64,000 nt of DNA from Alphaproteobacteria bacterium. Lineage in GTDB: Bacteria > Pseudomonadota > Alphaproteobacteria > JAAXGF01. Shown here one piece after another: positions 52,291 to 62,468 of the stretch (position 1 is its first letter; each line of letters begins with the position of its first letter). The DNA is taken from assembly GCA_963555825.3 (NCBI GenBank), contig CAUVXB020000001.1, positions 192,001 to 256,000 on the forward strand. The letters are read 5' to 3'. The notes under the pieces are model-generated. The model made no database searches. It saw only the letters and a program-made list of their open reading frames with translations, and had not been told where the DNA came from. Both the position numbers and the translations under genes were made by a program.

Positions 52291-53106
52291 ATGGAGGAAC
52301 GGAGCAAGCGCATCGCGCGCAACCTGATCGCCCTTTGGGCGGCCTGCATGCTGGTGTTCATGTACCTGCCGATTGCCTGCGTCACCCTCGCCTCGCTCTC
52401 CAAGAATCGGTACTTCCGCTTCCCCATCGCCAACTACGACACCGTGTGGTACAGCAAGGCCTTCACCTCGCTTACGGTGCGCGGCTTGTTCGAGACCTCA
52501 CTGTCCATTGCGGTGCTGGTGACCGCCATCTCGGTGGTGCTCGCCTTCTTCGGCGCGCTCGCCTTCGCGCGCTTCGAGTGGCGGGGGCGCAAGCACTACC
52601 AGCGCGTCGTGCTGTTGCCCATCTTCTTTCCGCAGGCGGTGCTCGGCCTCGCGTTGCTGGTGTGGCTTAGCACGCTTGGGATCATCCCCGATTGGCGCAC
52701 CGCGGTGTTCGCGCACCTCATCTGGGTGGTGCCCATCGCCACCCTGGTGATGGCCATTCAAGCCTACAGCCTTGACCCGGCCCTCGAGGAGGCAGCCTTC
52801 GACCTCGGGGCTAGCCGCTTTCAGGTGCTCAAGGAGATAACCATCCCCATGCTCTGGCCGGGGATCTTCTCGGGGGCGTTGTTCTCCTTTTTGCTCTCTT
52901 GGAGCAACTTTCCGCTGTCGATGTTCACGACCGGTGCGGATCAGACGATTCCCGAGTGGTTGTATGCAAAAATGGTGGCGGGCTACACGCCGCTGGTGCC
53001 CACGCTGGGGGCGCTCACCACCCTTGGCGCGGCCGTGATGCTGCTGGGAGGTTACGCGGTCATCATGCTCACGCGACGGGCCCGGTCGCGGTCGGCAAAC
53101 GAATAG
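52291..53106 (+). CDS. PotC-like ABC permease
   Basis: FMYLPI; EEAAFDLGAS EAA loop. Confidence 0.92.
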   Translation: MEERSKRIARNLIALWAACMLVFMYLPIACVTLASLSKNRYFRFPIANYDTVWYSKAFTSLTVRGLFETSLSIAVLVTAISVVLAFFGALAFARFEWRGRKHYQRVVLLPIFFPQAVLGLALLVWLSTLGIIPDWRTAVFAHLIWVVPIATLVMAIQAYSLDPALEEAAFDLGASRFQVLKEITIPMLWPGIFSGALFSFLLSWSNFPLSMFTTGADQTIPEWLYAKMVAGYTPLVPTLGALTTLGAAVMLLGGYAVIMLTRRARSRSANE

Positions 53107-53117
53107 CGAGCTGACGG

Positions 53118-53801
53118 ATGTCGGGAGAACAGGAGTCGACCACGCTCACCCGCGATCTTCCCTTCGAGCCGGGGCGCTCCGGGCTCCTCGTGGTGGACAT
53201 GCAGAACCTTTGCGCGGCGCGCGGGCGCGGCGAAGACGCGGACGGCAAGGCGCCGCCCGACGACGACTACTATTCGCTTCTCGAGCGGACCGTGGTCCCC
53301 AACTGCAAGCTCCTGATAGAGGCGTTTCGCGCCCGCGGCCTCGAAGTCGTCTATACGGTTATCGAGAGCCTGACCCTCGACGGACGCGATCGGAGCCTCG
53401 ATCACAAGCTCTCCGGCTACCACGTTCCGAAGGGCTCGGAGGACGCGCGGGTGGTAGAGCCGCTTGCGCCCGCCGGTGACGAGATCGTGCTACCGAAAAC
53501 CGCCTCGGGTGTCTTCAACGCCACCAACATCGAGTACGTACTGCGCAACATCGGCATCGATCGGATCGCCATCTGCGGCGTCTACACCAATCAGTGCGTG
53601 GAGTCCGCCGTTCGCGACGCGGCGGATCGGGGCTTTTTAGTCACACTGGTCGAGGACGCCTGCGCGGCCATCAACCAGGACGCCCACAATGCTGCTTTGA
53701 AGACACTCGCGGGCTACGCCCGAGTACTCACGACCGCCGAGCTGCTCTCGGAACTCGACGCGGTCAAGACTGCGCATTACCAATCCCCCATGGGTGTGTA
53801 A
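53118..53801 (+). CDS. Isochorismatase-family cysteine hydrolase (amidase)
   Basis: VVDMQN, PKTASGVF and TNQCVES motifs. Confidence 0.92.
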   Translation: MSGEQESTTLTRDLPFEPGRSGLLVVDMQNLCAARGRGEDADGKAPPDDDYYSLLERTVVPNCKLLIEAFRARGLEVVYTVIESLTLDGRDRSLDHKLSGYHVPKGSEDARVVEPLAPAGDEIVLPKTASGVFNATNIEYVLRNIGIDRIAICGVYTNQCVESAVRDAADRGFLVTLVEDACAAINQDAHNAALKTLAGYARVLTTAELLSELDAVKTAHYQSPMGV

Positions 53802-54185
53802 TCCGCTGCTCTACCGATTTTTGACGACTCGGAATCGTCTGGTAGGTTCAACAGCGTGACTCGCGCGCGAGGACCATCCATCGAATTCGAGACTAGGCCA
53901 GCCTTCATGAGTAAACGCAAGAGGAGCAAGACGGTGAGACGGCGTCGTGTCCGCTTGTCCGATCGCCGCGAGTGGGTCGGCGGAAGTCGGACCATGCCCG
54001 CGTGGTCAAAAGACTCATGCAGCTTCATGATAGTAGCACTTGAGCAGCCCACCGAGCCGTTCCCGGCAGACAACTTCTCCAGCGTCTGATCGCACGATTG
54101 ATGTTGATCAATCTGCCGGGGCCCTCACAGCACTCGCATGTCTGCTCGCCCGTCAGGCGGCGCGCGAGTTCCTTGCACCTCCTCT

Positions 54186-54250
54186 ACCCGCCTACGCCGA
54201 GAGCGTGATCTGGCCCGTCAGGAACGTGATCTGCTAAAAAAAGCGCTGGC
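54186..54250 (+). mobile_element. Short IS3 OrfA fragment
   Basis: Matches the reverse complement of ~40102-40167 (TRLRRERDLARQERDLLKKALA). Confidence 0.8.
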
Positions 54251-54441
54251 TGTCAATGGCGGAGCAAAAAGGGACCACCGAGGCGGTGTAAGAAGGGACC
54301 ACTTGGCGGCTGCGGGCTTGTCCCCGTAGTCCACGGGAGGGCCCCGCGCGCGACGCGGCGTGCCCTCAACAGGCTGACGCGGCGGCGCGCGCGGGAGGGA
54401 CCTGTGGGCCCACGGGGTCAAGCGTGGGTTGGGTGGTCGGT

Positions 54442-55206
54442 TCAGTTCGCCGTCGGGGTTTGACGCCTGCGGCTCTGGTTGAGCCTGTAGCTGTCACCGT
54501 TCATCTCGAGGATGTTGACGTGGTGGGTGAGGCGGTCGAGGAGAGCGCCGGTGAGGCGCTCGGAGCCGAACACCTCGGTCCATTCGTCGAAGGGCAGATT
54601 GGTGGTGACCAGGGTCGAGCCCCGCTCGTAGCGTTGGCTGAACACCTCGAACAACAGCTCGGCGCCGGTCTTCGACAGCGGCACGAAGCCGAGTTCGTCG
54701 ACGATCAGAAGCTTGTAGGTGGCGAGCTTCTTCTGGAACCTCAGCAGCTGCTTGTCATCGCGGGCCTCGATGAGTTCGTGGACCAGCGCGGCGGCGGTGA
54801 TGAAGCCGACCGAGAGGCCCTTCTGGCAGGCCGCCAGGCCGAGACCGAGGGCGATGTGGGTCTTGCCGGTCCCACTGTTGCCGAGCGCGATGAGGTTCTC
54901 GCGGCGCTCGATGTACTCGCAGCGGGCCAGCTCCAGGACCAGCGCCTTGTTGAGCGAGGGGATGACCTTGAAGTCGAAGCTGTCGAGGCTCTTGACCACG
55001 GGGAAGCGCGCCGCCTTGATGCGCCGCTCGACCATGCGGCGCTCGCGGTCGATCAGCTCGAGCTCGGCGAGTCTCAACAGGTAGCGGACGTGATCGACGC
55101 CTTCCGAGGCGCACTGCCGGGCGATCTTGTCGTACTCGCGCAGGAAGGTCGGCAGCTTCAGCGTCTTGAGGTGGTGGGCGAGCAGCACTTGCGGTGTGTC
55201 GGTCAT
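54442..55206 (-). CDS. istB: IS21 helper ATPase IstB
   Basis: GNSGTGKTH and IVDELG motifs. Confidence 0.94.
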   Translation of the reverse strand: MTDTPQVLLAHHLKTLKLPTFLREYDKIARQCASEGVDHVRYLLRLAELELIDRERRMVERRIKAARFPVVKSLDSFDFKVIPSLNKALVLELARCEYIERRENLIALGNSGTGKTHIALGLGLAACQKGLSVGFITAAALVHELIEARDDKQLLRFQKKLATYKLLIVDELGFVPLSKTGAELLFEVFSQRYERGSTLVTTNLPFDEWTEVFGSERLTGALLDRLTHHVNILEMNGDSYRLNQSRRRQTPTAN

Positions 55207-56702
55207 GCGCCGAGCCCCGACAGCAGGCTCATGTACGACTTGGCGGACGTCATCGCGACCCGGGCGCGCGGCAGATACGGATAGACGTCGAGGTTGAGCC
55301 TGGGCGGCCGCCGCTCGATGCGGCACAGTACCAGGTGCTTCACCGCATCAAAGCCGATTGCGCCGAGCCGCAGGGCGTCGCCGACCGCACCCTCGACCTC
55401 CTCGAGCCGGAAGGTCTCCAGTAGACGGAGCACCTGGACGTACTCGCGCTTGCCTGCCTTGCCCATACGAGCTTCGAGGAGCCGCCGCAGAGTGATGAAG
55501 GCCTCGGGCAGGTCCCAGCCCGCCAATGGCGCGGCCTGGTCGAGGGCGCCGATCTTCTGCTCGATCAAGGGCAGGTAATGCAGCGGGTCGAAGATCAGGT
55601 CCTCGCTGTCGTAGGACCGGCGGTGCCGGGCGATCACCTCGGCCCCGCAGCTGATCACCACCTCATCGACGTAGCCCCGGATGAGCACCTCACGGTGGCC
55701 GTAGGCCACGGGCACGGAATAGTCGTTGCTGCGGTAACGCACCAGCGACAGCGAACTCGCCCGTCCAGGGCGCTTATCGCAGGCATCATAGGGAGCAGGC
55801 GGCAATGGCAAGAGAACTTGACGATCCCGCTCGAGACGCTCGCCGATGGTCTCCTTGTGGCCCCGCAGCCGCGCCGCCTGGCGCCGGCGGCACTGTTCGG
55901 CGAGAGCATCGTTGAGGGCCGCGAAGCTCTCGGCACGCGGGACGGGGACCAGGAAGTTCCGCCGGATGAAGCCGACCAGTCCCTCGACCTTGCCCTTGTC
56001 GTTGCCCTTGCCCGGCCGGCCGAACCTGTCCTCGAACAGATAGTGGGACTGAAGCTCCGTGAAGACGCGCGTTCGCTGCCGCTTCCCATCGCCCAGGATC
56101 CGGGCAACCGCCAGCTTGGTGTTGTCGTACAGGATGGATCGGGGGACGCCGCCGAAGAAGGCAAACGCCGCGTTGTGGCCATCGCAGAATGCTTCGGTCG
56201 TCTCCGCCGGATAGGCCGCAACAAAGCAACCATCACTGTGGGGAAGGTCGAAGGCAAGGAAGTGGATCTTCCGTAACGCGCCGCCGATCACCGCCATCGC
56301 TTCGCCGAAGTCCGCCTGGGCGTGACCGGGGGAATGGGAGAGTGGCACGAACACCTCACGCGACCGAAGCCCCTGCTCACGAACGTAGTCCTTCACGATG
56401 GTGTAGCCGCCCGTGAAACCGTACTCGTCCCGGAGGCGGTCGAAGATGCGCTTCGCAGTGTGCCGTTGCTTGCGGTGGCTGGTCCGATCGTCTTCCAAGA
56501 TCCGATCGATGATTCCCGTGAACGGACCCAGCTTTGGCCGCCTCGGCGGCGCGCTTCGGCGATACCCTGGCGGCACCGAGAACGACAGCATCTTACGGAC
56601 CGTCTTGCGGTCTACACCAAACACCCGCGAGGCCTCGCGGGTGCTCATCCCCTCGACATGACACGCCCGCCGAACCCGTGCGTACAACTCCACCCGATAC
56701 AT
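55203..56702 (-). CDS. istA: IS21 transposase IstA
   Basis: QADFGE, LYDNTK and KGKVEG motifs. Confidence 0.94.
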   Translation of the reverse strand: MYRVELYARVRRACHVEGMSTREASRVFGVDRKTVRKMLSFSVPPGYRRSAPPRRPKLGPFTGIIDRILEDDRTSHRKQRHTAKRIFDRLRDEYGFTGGYTIVKDYVREQGLRSREVFVPLSHSPGHAQADFGEAMAVIGGALRKIHFLAFDLPHSDGCFVAAYPAETTEAFCDGHNAAFAFFGGVPRSILYDNTKLAVARILGDGKRQRTRVFTELQSHYLFEDRFGRPGKGNDKGKVEGLVGFIRRNFLVPVPRAESFAALNDALAEQCRRRQAARLRGHKETIGERLERDRQVLLPLPPAPYDACDKRPGRASSLSLVRYRSNDYSVPVAYGHREVLIRGYVDEVVISCGAEVIARHRRSYDSEDLIFDPLHYLPLIEQKIGALDQAAPLAGWDLPEAFITLRRLLEARMGKAGKREYVQVLRLLETFRLEEVEGAVGDALRLGAIGFDAVKHLVLCRIERRPPRLNLDVYPYLPRARVAMTSAKSYMSLLSGLGA

Positions 56703-56820
56703 CCCCCCCGCCTTCCAGTCAGAGCAACCCTGACAGAAGGCTATACGCGGTCCCATTTTGGTCCGCCGCAGCCGGATCGACCGGCCGCTTCAGTGGGGGA
56801 TTATTGCTCTGCCGTTCTCA

Positions 56821-57271
56821 CTTCGACGGCTATTTCTCCTGGGGCGTGTTCGAGCACTTCGAGGAGGGGCTCGGGCGCTGCGTCGGCGAGGCGTACCGCC
56901 TGCTCAGGCCGGGCGGCCTGCTGTTCGTGACGGTGCCGTTCGACAACCTGCGGCTCGGCCTGCGCGCGGCCTGCGATTGGCGGCGCACGGGGCCGCCGGC
57001 CGGGACGCCGCGGCGCTTCTACCAGTGGCGGCTGACGCGCGCCGAGCTGCGCGAGGAACTCACCGGCGGCGGCTTCGAGGTGCTCGATCTGCGGCCGATC
57101 CACAAGCGCCAGGGCATCCTGCGCAGCCTGCATCACGAGTTCGGCCTCGACTATCGCTGGTTCGTCACGCGAGGCCTCAGCGTCGTGCTGCAGCCCTTTC
57201 TGCCCAGCGGGCTGGTCGCCCACATGCTGATGGCCGTGGCGCGCAAACCCGAGCGGCCCGGGGCCGACTGA
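56821..57271 (+). pseudogene. 3' part of a SAM methyltransferase, truncated by IS21
   Basis: FDGYFSWGVFEHF...LLRPGGLLFVTVP; motif I absent. Confidence 0.8.
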
Positions 57272-57277
57272 GGAGCG

Positions 57278-58252
57278 ATGACCAAGCGGGCGTTGATTTT
57301 CGGTATCTCGGGTCAGGACGGCGCGTATTTGAGCCGCCTCCTGCTGGACAAGGGTTACGAGGTGTTCGGCACGTCGCGCGACGCCGAGCTCGCGTCATTC
57401 GCGGGGCTGACGCTGCTCGGGGTGCGCGAGCGCGTGACGGTCATGTCCGCCGCGCCCAAGGAGTTCCGCAGCGTGCTCCAGACGGTCGAGCGCGTCGCGC
57501 CGAGCGAGGTTTACAACTTAGGCGGGCAAAGTTCGGTCGGCCTGTCGTTCGAGCAACCGATCGCGACCCATGAGAGCATCACCACCAGCACGCTCAACAT
57601 CCTCGAGGCGGTGCGCGAGCTGGACCCCTCGATTCGCATCTACAGCGCGGCGAGCGGCGAGAGCTTCGGCGATACCGAAGGCGCCAACGAGGACACGCCG
57701 TTCAGGCCGTGCAGCCCCTATGCGGTGGCCAAGGCGGCGGCGTTCTGGCAGGTCGCCAACTACCGCGACGCATACGGACTGTTTGCATGCTCGGGCATCC
57801 TGTTCAACCACGAATCGCCCTTGCGGCCACAGCGTTTCGTCACCCGCAAGGTCGTCGCCGCGGCGGCACGCATCGCGGCGGGCAGCGAAGAGCGCCTCTT
57901 GCTCGGCGACCTCTCGATCTGCCGCGACTGGGGCTGGGCGCCCGAATACGTCGACGCCATGTGGCGCATGCTGCAACCGAACGTGCCCGACGATTACGTC
58001 ATCGCGACCGGCGCGGCATGCTCGCTCGAGGTCTTCGTCGCTGCCGCCTACGCCTACTTCGAGCTCGACTGGCGCGACCACGTCGACGTCGACGAGCGGC
58101 TGTTCCGCCCGGCCGAGATCGCCCGCGGCTTCGGCGACGCGGGCAAGGCGCGCGACGTGCTCGGCTGGCAGGCGGCGACGCGCATGCCCGAGGTGGTTCA
58201 CCGCATGGCCGAGGCCGAGGCCTCGGGGGCGGCATTGGGGGTGGCGCGATGA
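57278..58252 (+). CDS. gmd: GDP-mannose 4,6-dehydratase
   Basis: GISGQDG, SPYAVAK, LFNHESP, FVTRK and RDWG motifs. Confidence 0.92.
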   Translation: MTKRALIFGISGQDGAYLSRLLLDKGYEVFGTSRDAELASFAGLTLLGVRERVTVMSAAPKEFRSVLQTVERVAPSEVYNLGGQSSVGLSFEQPIATHESITTSTLNILEAVRELDPSIRIYSAASGESFGDTEGANEDTPFRPCSPYAVAKAAAFWQVANYRDAYGLFACSGILFNHESPLRPQRFVTRKVVAAAARIAAGSEERLLLGDLSICRDWGWAPEYVDAMWRMLQPNVPDDYVIATGAACSLEVFVAAAYAYFELDWRDHVDVDERLFRPAEIARGFGDAGKARDVLGWQAATRMPEVVHRMAEAEASGAALGVAR

Positions 58253-59361
58253 ACGGGCTCAAGCCGCTCGCCCGCGCGGCGCGCTCGCACGTCATGTGTC
58301 TGCCCTGGCGCGTGCTCTCGGCGGTTGGCGCGGTGGGCCCGGCCACGCCGCCCGTCGCCTTCGTCATCGAACGCGCCGACTGGGTGATTCGCCGGGTCGG
58401 CGAGTACGTCTGCGCCGAGGTCGAGCGCCTGGCACCGGGCACTGCCGCGGTGTCGGTCAATCCCGAGCGTCTCCAGGGGCGCGTCGTGCATTTCGGTTCG
58501 CAGTACATGTGGCTTGCCTGGGGCGGCGCCATGGGCCGCTCGAACCGCTATGTCACCTCGTTCTTCCACGGCAAGCCCGAGGACGGCCCCGACGTCGCGC
58601 GGCACATCGAGGCGATGCTCGCGAGCGTGCCGCGGCTCGACCGCATTGTCACTGCGGCGAGCCTCGTCGAACGTCGGCTGCTGGACTGGGGCGTGCCGCG
58701 CGACAAGGTCGTGCGTATCCCGATTGGCGTCGACACGACGCTGTTCACGCCGCCCGACGCCGCACGCAAGGCGGCGGCGCGCGCGGCCTTCGGCGTCGGC
58801 GAGGACCGCGTCGTCGTCGGCTCGTTCCAGAAGGACGGTGTTGGCTGGGGCGAGGGGTTCGAGCCCAAGTTGATCAAGGGTCCCGACGTGCTGCTCGCGG
58901 TGATCGACCAGTTGCGCCGCGAGCTGCCGCTGTTCGTGCTGGTGACCGGACCGGCGCGCGGCTACGTCAAGCGCGGGCTCGAACGCATGGGCGTGCCCTA
59001 TGCCCATACTTATGTCAACAGCCTCGCCGAACTGGTGCCCTGCTACCACGCGCTCGACATCTATCTTATGACCTCGCGTGAGGAGGGCGGGCCGATGGGG
59101 CTGATGGAGAGCATGGCGTGCGGCGTGCCGGTCGTCTCGACTGCGGTTGGCATGGCGCCCGATCTGATCGTACCCGGCGAGACCGGCGGGCTGGTCGAGC
59201 CCGAGGACGTCGATGGGCTGTGCGCGGCGACGCTGAAGTTGCTCGATGCCGAGGACGGCGGCGCGGCGCAGTGCGGTGCGGCGCGCGAAGCGGTCATGGC
59301 CTGTGACTGGCGCGTCGTCTGTCGCGACCACCTGGAAAAAGTTTACGCGCCGCTGCTGTGA
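58249..59361 (+). CDS. GT4 glycosyltransferase
   Basis: SREEGGPMGLMESMACGVP motif. Confidence 0.9.
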   Translation: MNGLKPLARAARSHVMCLPWRVLSAVGAVGPATPPVAFVIERADWVIRRVGEYVCAEVERLAPGTAAVSVNPERLQGRVVHFGSQYMWLAWGGAMGRSNRYVTSFFHGKPEDGPDVARHIEAMLASVPRLDRIVTAASLVERRLLDWGVPRDKVVRIPIGVDTTLFTPPDAARKAAARAAFGVGEDRVVVGSFQKDGVGWGEGFEPKLIKGPDVLLAVIDQLRRELPLFVLVTGPARGYVKRGLERMGVPYAHTYVNSLAELVPCYHALDIYLMTSREEGGPMGLMESMACGVPVVSTAVGMAPDLIVPGETGGLVEPEDVDGLCAATLKLLDAEDGGAAQCGAAREAVMACDWRVVCRDHLEKVYAPLL

Positions 59362-60461
59362 GCGCTATCTTCGAAGACCCGCCGGCGAAGCGGCTGTTGC
59401 GCGCTGGTTACCGCCTGCGACTCGGCCTCTATGTCGCTGCGACGCCGATCGGCGGCGGACCCGAGCCGCGCGTCTTCTATGGCGGCGCACGTGCCGGCGA
59501 CCGCGGCGGGCCGCTGGTCAAGGTCAAGCGTCTGCGGGCATACTTTCCGGAGCGCCGCTGGGGCTTCAACCTCGTCTATACGCTGAGCAACGCACCCTAT
59601 CTGCCGCGGTATGCGCTCGAGCGAATCAAGACACGTGGCGTGCCGATCGTGAGCAACCAGAACGGCGTCTTCTACCCGGCCTGGTATGCCGGAGACTGGC
59701 GCGGGAAGAACGCTGAGATGGCGCATGCCTTCCACCTCGCCGACCACGTCTTCTGGCAGAGCGAGTTCTGCCGGCGCGCGACCGATCGGTTCCTCGGACC
59801 GCGCCAGGGCGCGGGGGAAGTACTCTACAATGCTGTCGACACCGGTCGGTTTCGCCCCGCCGACGCGGCCCCAGGCGCGCGGCAATTCACGTTCCTGGTC
59901 TCGGGCAAGATCGATGGTCACCTGTTCTATCGCATCGAGGCCAGCCGGCGCGGGCTGGCGCTCGCCCGCGCCGGTGGCCTCGACGCGAGGCTCATGCTTG
60001 CCGGTGTGATCTCGGACGAGGAGCAGGCTCGGTGGCGAAGCCTCGTCGACAAACTCGATCTCGTCAACGCGGCCTTCTACGTCGGACCCTACACACAGGA
60101 GACCGCGCCGCTCGTCTACCAATCGGCTGACGCCTTCCTGATGCTCAAGCACAACGATCCATGCCCCAACACTGTGCTTGAGGCGATGGCCTGCGGCCTG
60201 CCCGTTCTCTATTCGGCGTCGGGCGGTTTGCCCGAACTGGTCGGCGACGACGCAGGCGTCGGCCTGGCCTGCGACGAAGACTGGGAGCGGCCGCACTGGC
60301 CCGAGCCCGAGGCCGTCGCCGGCGGCATGGCGTCGATCGTTGCGGCGCACGGCAGCCAGAGTGCGGCAGCCCGACGGAGCGCCGTCGAGCGCTTCGACAT
60401 CGCGCCCTGGATCGAGCGGCATCGCCTTGTTTCCGCCGACCTCATCGGGACGCGTCGATGA
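59358..60461 (+). CDS. GT4 glycosyltransferase
   Basis: DPCPNTVLEAMACGLP motif. Confidence 0.9.
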   Translation: MSAIFEDPPAKRLLRAGYRLRLGLYVAATPIGGGPEPRVFYGGARAGDRGGPLVKVKRLRAYFPERRWGFNLVYTLSNAPYLPRYALERIKTRGVPIVSNQNGVFYPAWYAGDWRGKNAEMAHAFHLADHVFWQSEFCRRATDRFLGPRQGAGEVLYNAVDTGRFRPADAAPGARQFTFLVSGKIDGHLFYRIEASRRGLALARAGGLDARLMLAGVISDEEQARWRSLVDKLDLVNAAFYVGPYTQETAPLVYQSADAFLMLKHNDPCPNTVLEAMACGLPVLYSASGGLPELVGDDAGVGLACDEDWERPHWPEPEAVAGGMASIVAAHGSQSAAARRSAVERFDIAPWIERHRLVSADLIGTRR

Positions 60462-61177
60462 AGCGCATCGCCAAGCGAATGACATTGGCGTTGGCCGTGG
60501 CGCTGTCATGGTTGTACCGCTTGATCCCGGTCGGCGCACTCAAGCGGCTGTTCCGCGTACAGGACGACGTCCAGCTCATAATCAACGAGCGCGCCCTGGC
60601 GTTCGGCGGCGGCGAGCATCCTAAACATCGGCTGATGCGCTACCACGACTTCTTCGTCACGCGCATCCCGCCCGGCGCGCGGGTACTCGACATCGGCTGC
60701 GGTTACGGCGCCGTCGCGCGCAGCGTGGCGCGCGGCGTCGAGGGTGCCGAGGTGACCGGCATCGACAACAACCCCGAGCGCATCCGCGAGGCGCGTGCGG
60801 CCGACAACCCGGCAAACCTCGCCTTCGTCGAGGGTGACGCGCTCGTCGATCTGCCGGTGGGCGACTGGCACACGATCGTGCTGTCAAACGTCCTCGAGCA
60901 CATCGATCTGCGCGTCGAATTCCTCAGGCGGCTCCGCGACGTGCTCGCGCCCGCGCAGATCCTCGTCCGCGTCCCGCTGTTCGAACGCGACTGGCAGATT
61001 CCCATGCGCCGCGAGCTCGGCGTCGGCTATTTCTCCGACCCGACGCATTTCATCGAGCATACGCTCGACGAGTTCGACGCCGAGATGGCGGCGGCGAACC
61101 TCGTCGTCGTCGAACGCGTCACCATGTGGGGCGAGATCTGGGCCGCCTGCCGGCCGCGCGTGCACGCCGAGCGATGA
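60458..61177 (+). CDS. Class I SAM methyltransferase
   Basis: VLDIGCGYG and NVLEH motifs. Confidence 0.9.
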   Translation: MKRIAKRMTLALAVALSWLYRLIPVGALKRLFRVQDDVQLIINERALAFGGGEHPKHRLMRYHDFFVTRIPPGARVLDIGCGYGAVARSVARGVEGAEVTGIDNNPERIREARAADNPANLAFVEGDALVDLPVGDWHTIVLSNVLEHIDLRVEFLRRLRDVLAPAQILVRVPLFERDWQIPMRRELGVGYFSDPTHFIEHTLDEFDAEMAAANLVVVERVTMWGEIWAACRPRVHAER

Positions 61178-62034
61178 GTGATCGGCGGGTCAGCGTCATC
61201 CTGCCCTGTTACAACGCCCATCGCGATCTCGGCAGGGCGCTCGATAGCGTGCGCGCTCAGACCGTGGCGGCCGACGAGATCATCGTCGTCGACGACGGGT
61301 CGACCGACCCCGCATGCGTCGCCTATCTCGACGCGCTGCCCGGCGACGTACGGGTGGTGCGCCAGGCCAACAAGGGCCTGCCCGGCGCGCGCAACGCCGG
61401 GTTTCGTGAGGCGACGGGTGATTGCGTCGTGCCGCTCGATTGCGACGACGTCCTCGATCCGCGCTTCGTCGAGAAGCTGCTCGCGGCGCTGACCGCCAGC
61501 GAGGACGCGGGTTACGCCTTCTGCCACATGACGCTGCGCGGCGAGAAATCGGGCACGCTTTGCTCGAACTTCAACCTCTTCGAGCAGTTGTTCCTGGATC
61601 ACGTGCCCTATTGCATCCTGATCGAAAAGCGGGTGTGGCAAGAGATCGGCGGCTATGATGAATCGATGCGCGATGGCAAGGAAGACTGGGAATTCAACCT
61701 CAGCCTGGCGACCCATGGTTATTACGGCGTGCTAGTCGACGAACCGCTGTTCCACTACAACGTGAGTGGCCAGGGCATGCTGCAGAGCACCAGCAACCGC
61801 TCACATGCCCAGCTGGCGAAATACATCCGCACCAAGCACGCAGGGCTCTTTGGGCTCAACTCGGTGCTGCGCATTTGGCAGCGCTGGAAGACGCAAGCCT
61901 TCACCTACCCGAAATCGGTCTCCATCGTTCTTTTCCTGATGTACAAAATTTTGCCGGACTGGCTGGTCAATCGCCTGTTCCGCGCCCTGTTGTCCTATTC
62001 GCAGTCGAACCGTCCACGGCGAGCCCCACCGTGA
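61174..62034 (+). CDS. GT2 glycosyltransferase
   Basis: ILPCYN, VDDGSTD, GARNAG, LDCDD and EDW motifs. Confidence 0.92.
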   Translation: MSDRRVSVILPCYNAHRDLGRALDSVRAQTVAADEIIVVDDGSTDPACVAYLDALPGDVRVVRQANKGLPGARNAGFREATGDCVVPLDCDDVLDPRFVEKLLAALTASEDAGYAFCHMTLRGEKSGTLCSNFNLFEQLFLDHVPYCILIEKRVWQEIGGYDESMRDGKEDWEFNLSLATHGYYGVLVDEPLFHYNVSGQGMLQSTSNRSHAQLAKYIRTKHAGLFGLNSVLRIWQRWKTQAFTYPKSVSIVLFLMYKILPDWLVNRLFRALLSYSQSNRPRRAPP

Positions 62035-62468
62035 CGCTGGGCGATATCGGCTAGGGCGCCCCCAGGCGCATCCCCGGTGTTCCCATCGGACGGCAGTTGT
62101 TGCCGGCTGCCATACCGAACCTCAATCATTGGCAACAGCAATCTCCATCATTTAGGGCGGTTTCGTGCTGCCTTTTTGCGGCCAGCCGTAGCCTGGTCTT
62201 CAAACGCGTTCGCGAGCAACCGCCGCACGGCACAGGAGCGATCAGCTGAATGTTCTCGTCATCCGCCGCCCAAAACCGAGCTCGAGGTAGCCTGATGTTG
62301 ACGGTTGTGCGATGGCCGCGGCTGATCCTACCTTGACATCGATTGCAGTTTCAGGCGATGGCCTGTGGTCGGGGTCGTGTCGCTTTTTGATTTGGTGCAG
62401 CGCTCACGCGGCGATGCCGACGGTCGAGAGAATGCAGCGAAAGTTCGAGTCTCAACGAGGTGCTGACG

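Larger units (their letters stand above)
54251..56820 (-). mobile_element. IS21-family element (complete; flanks do not form a TSD)
   Basis: TG...CA ends with repeated terminal motifs; istA and istB present. Confidence 0.92.
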
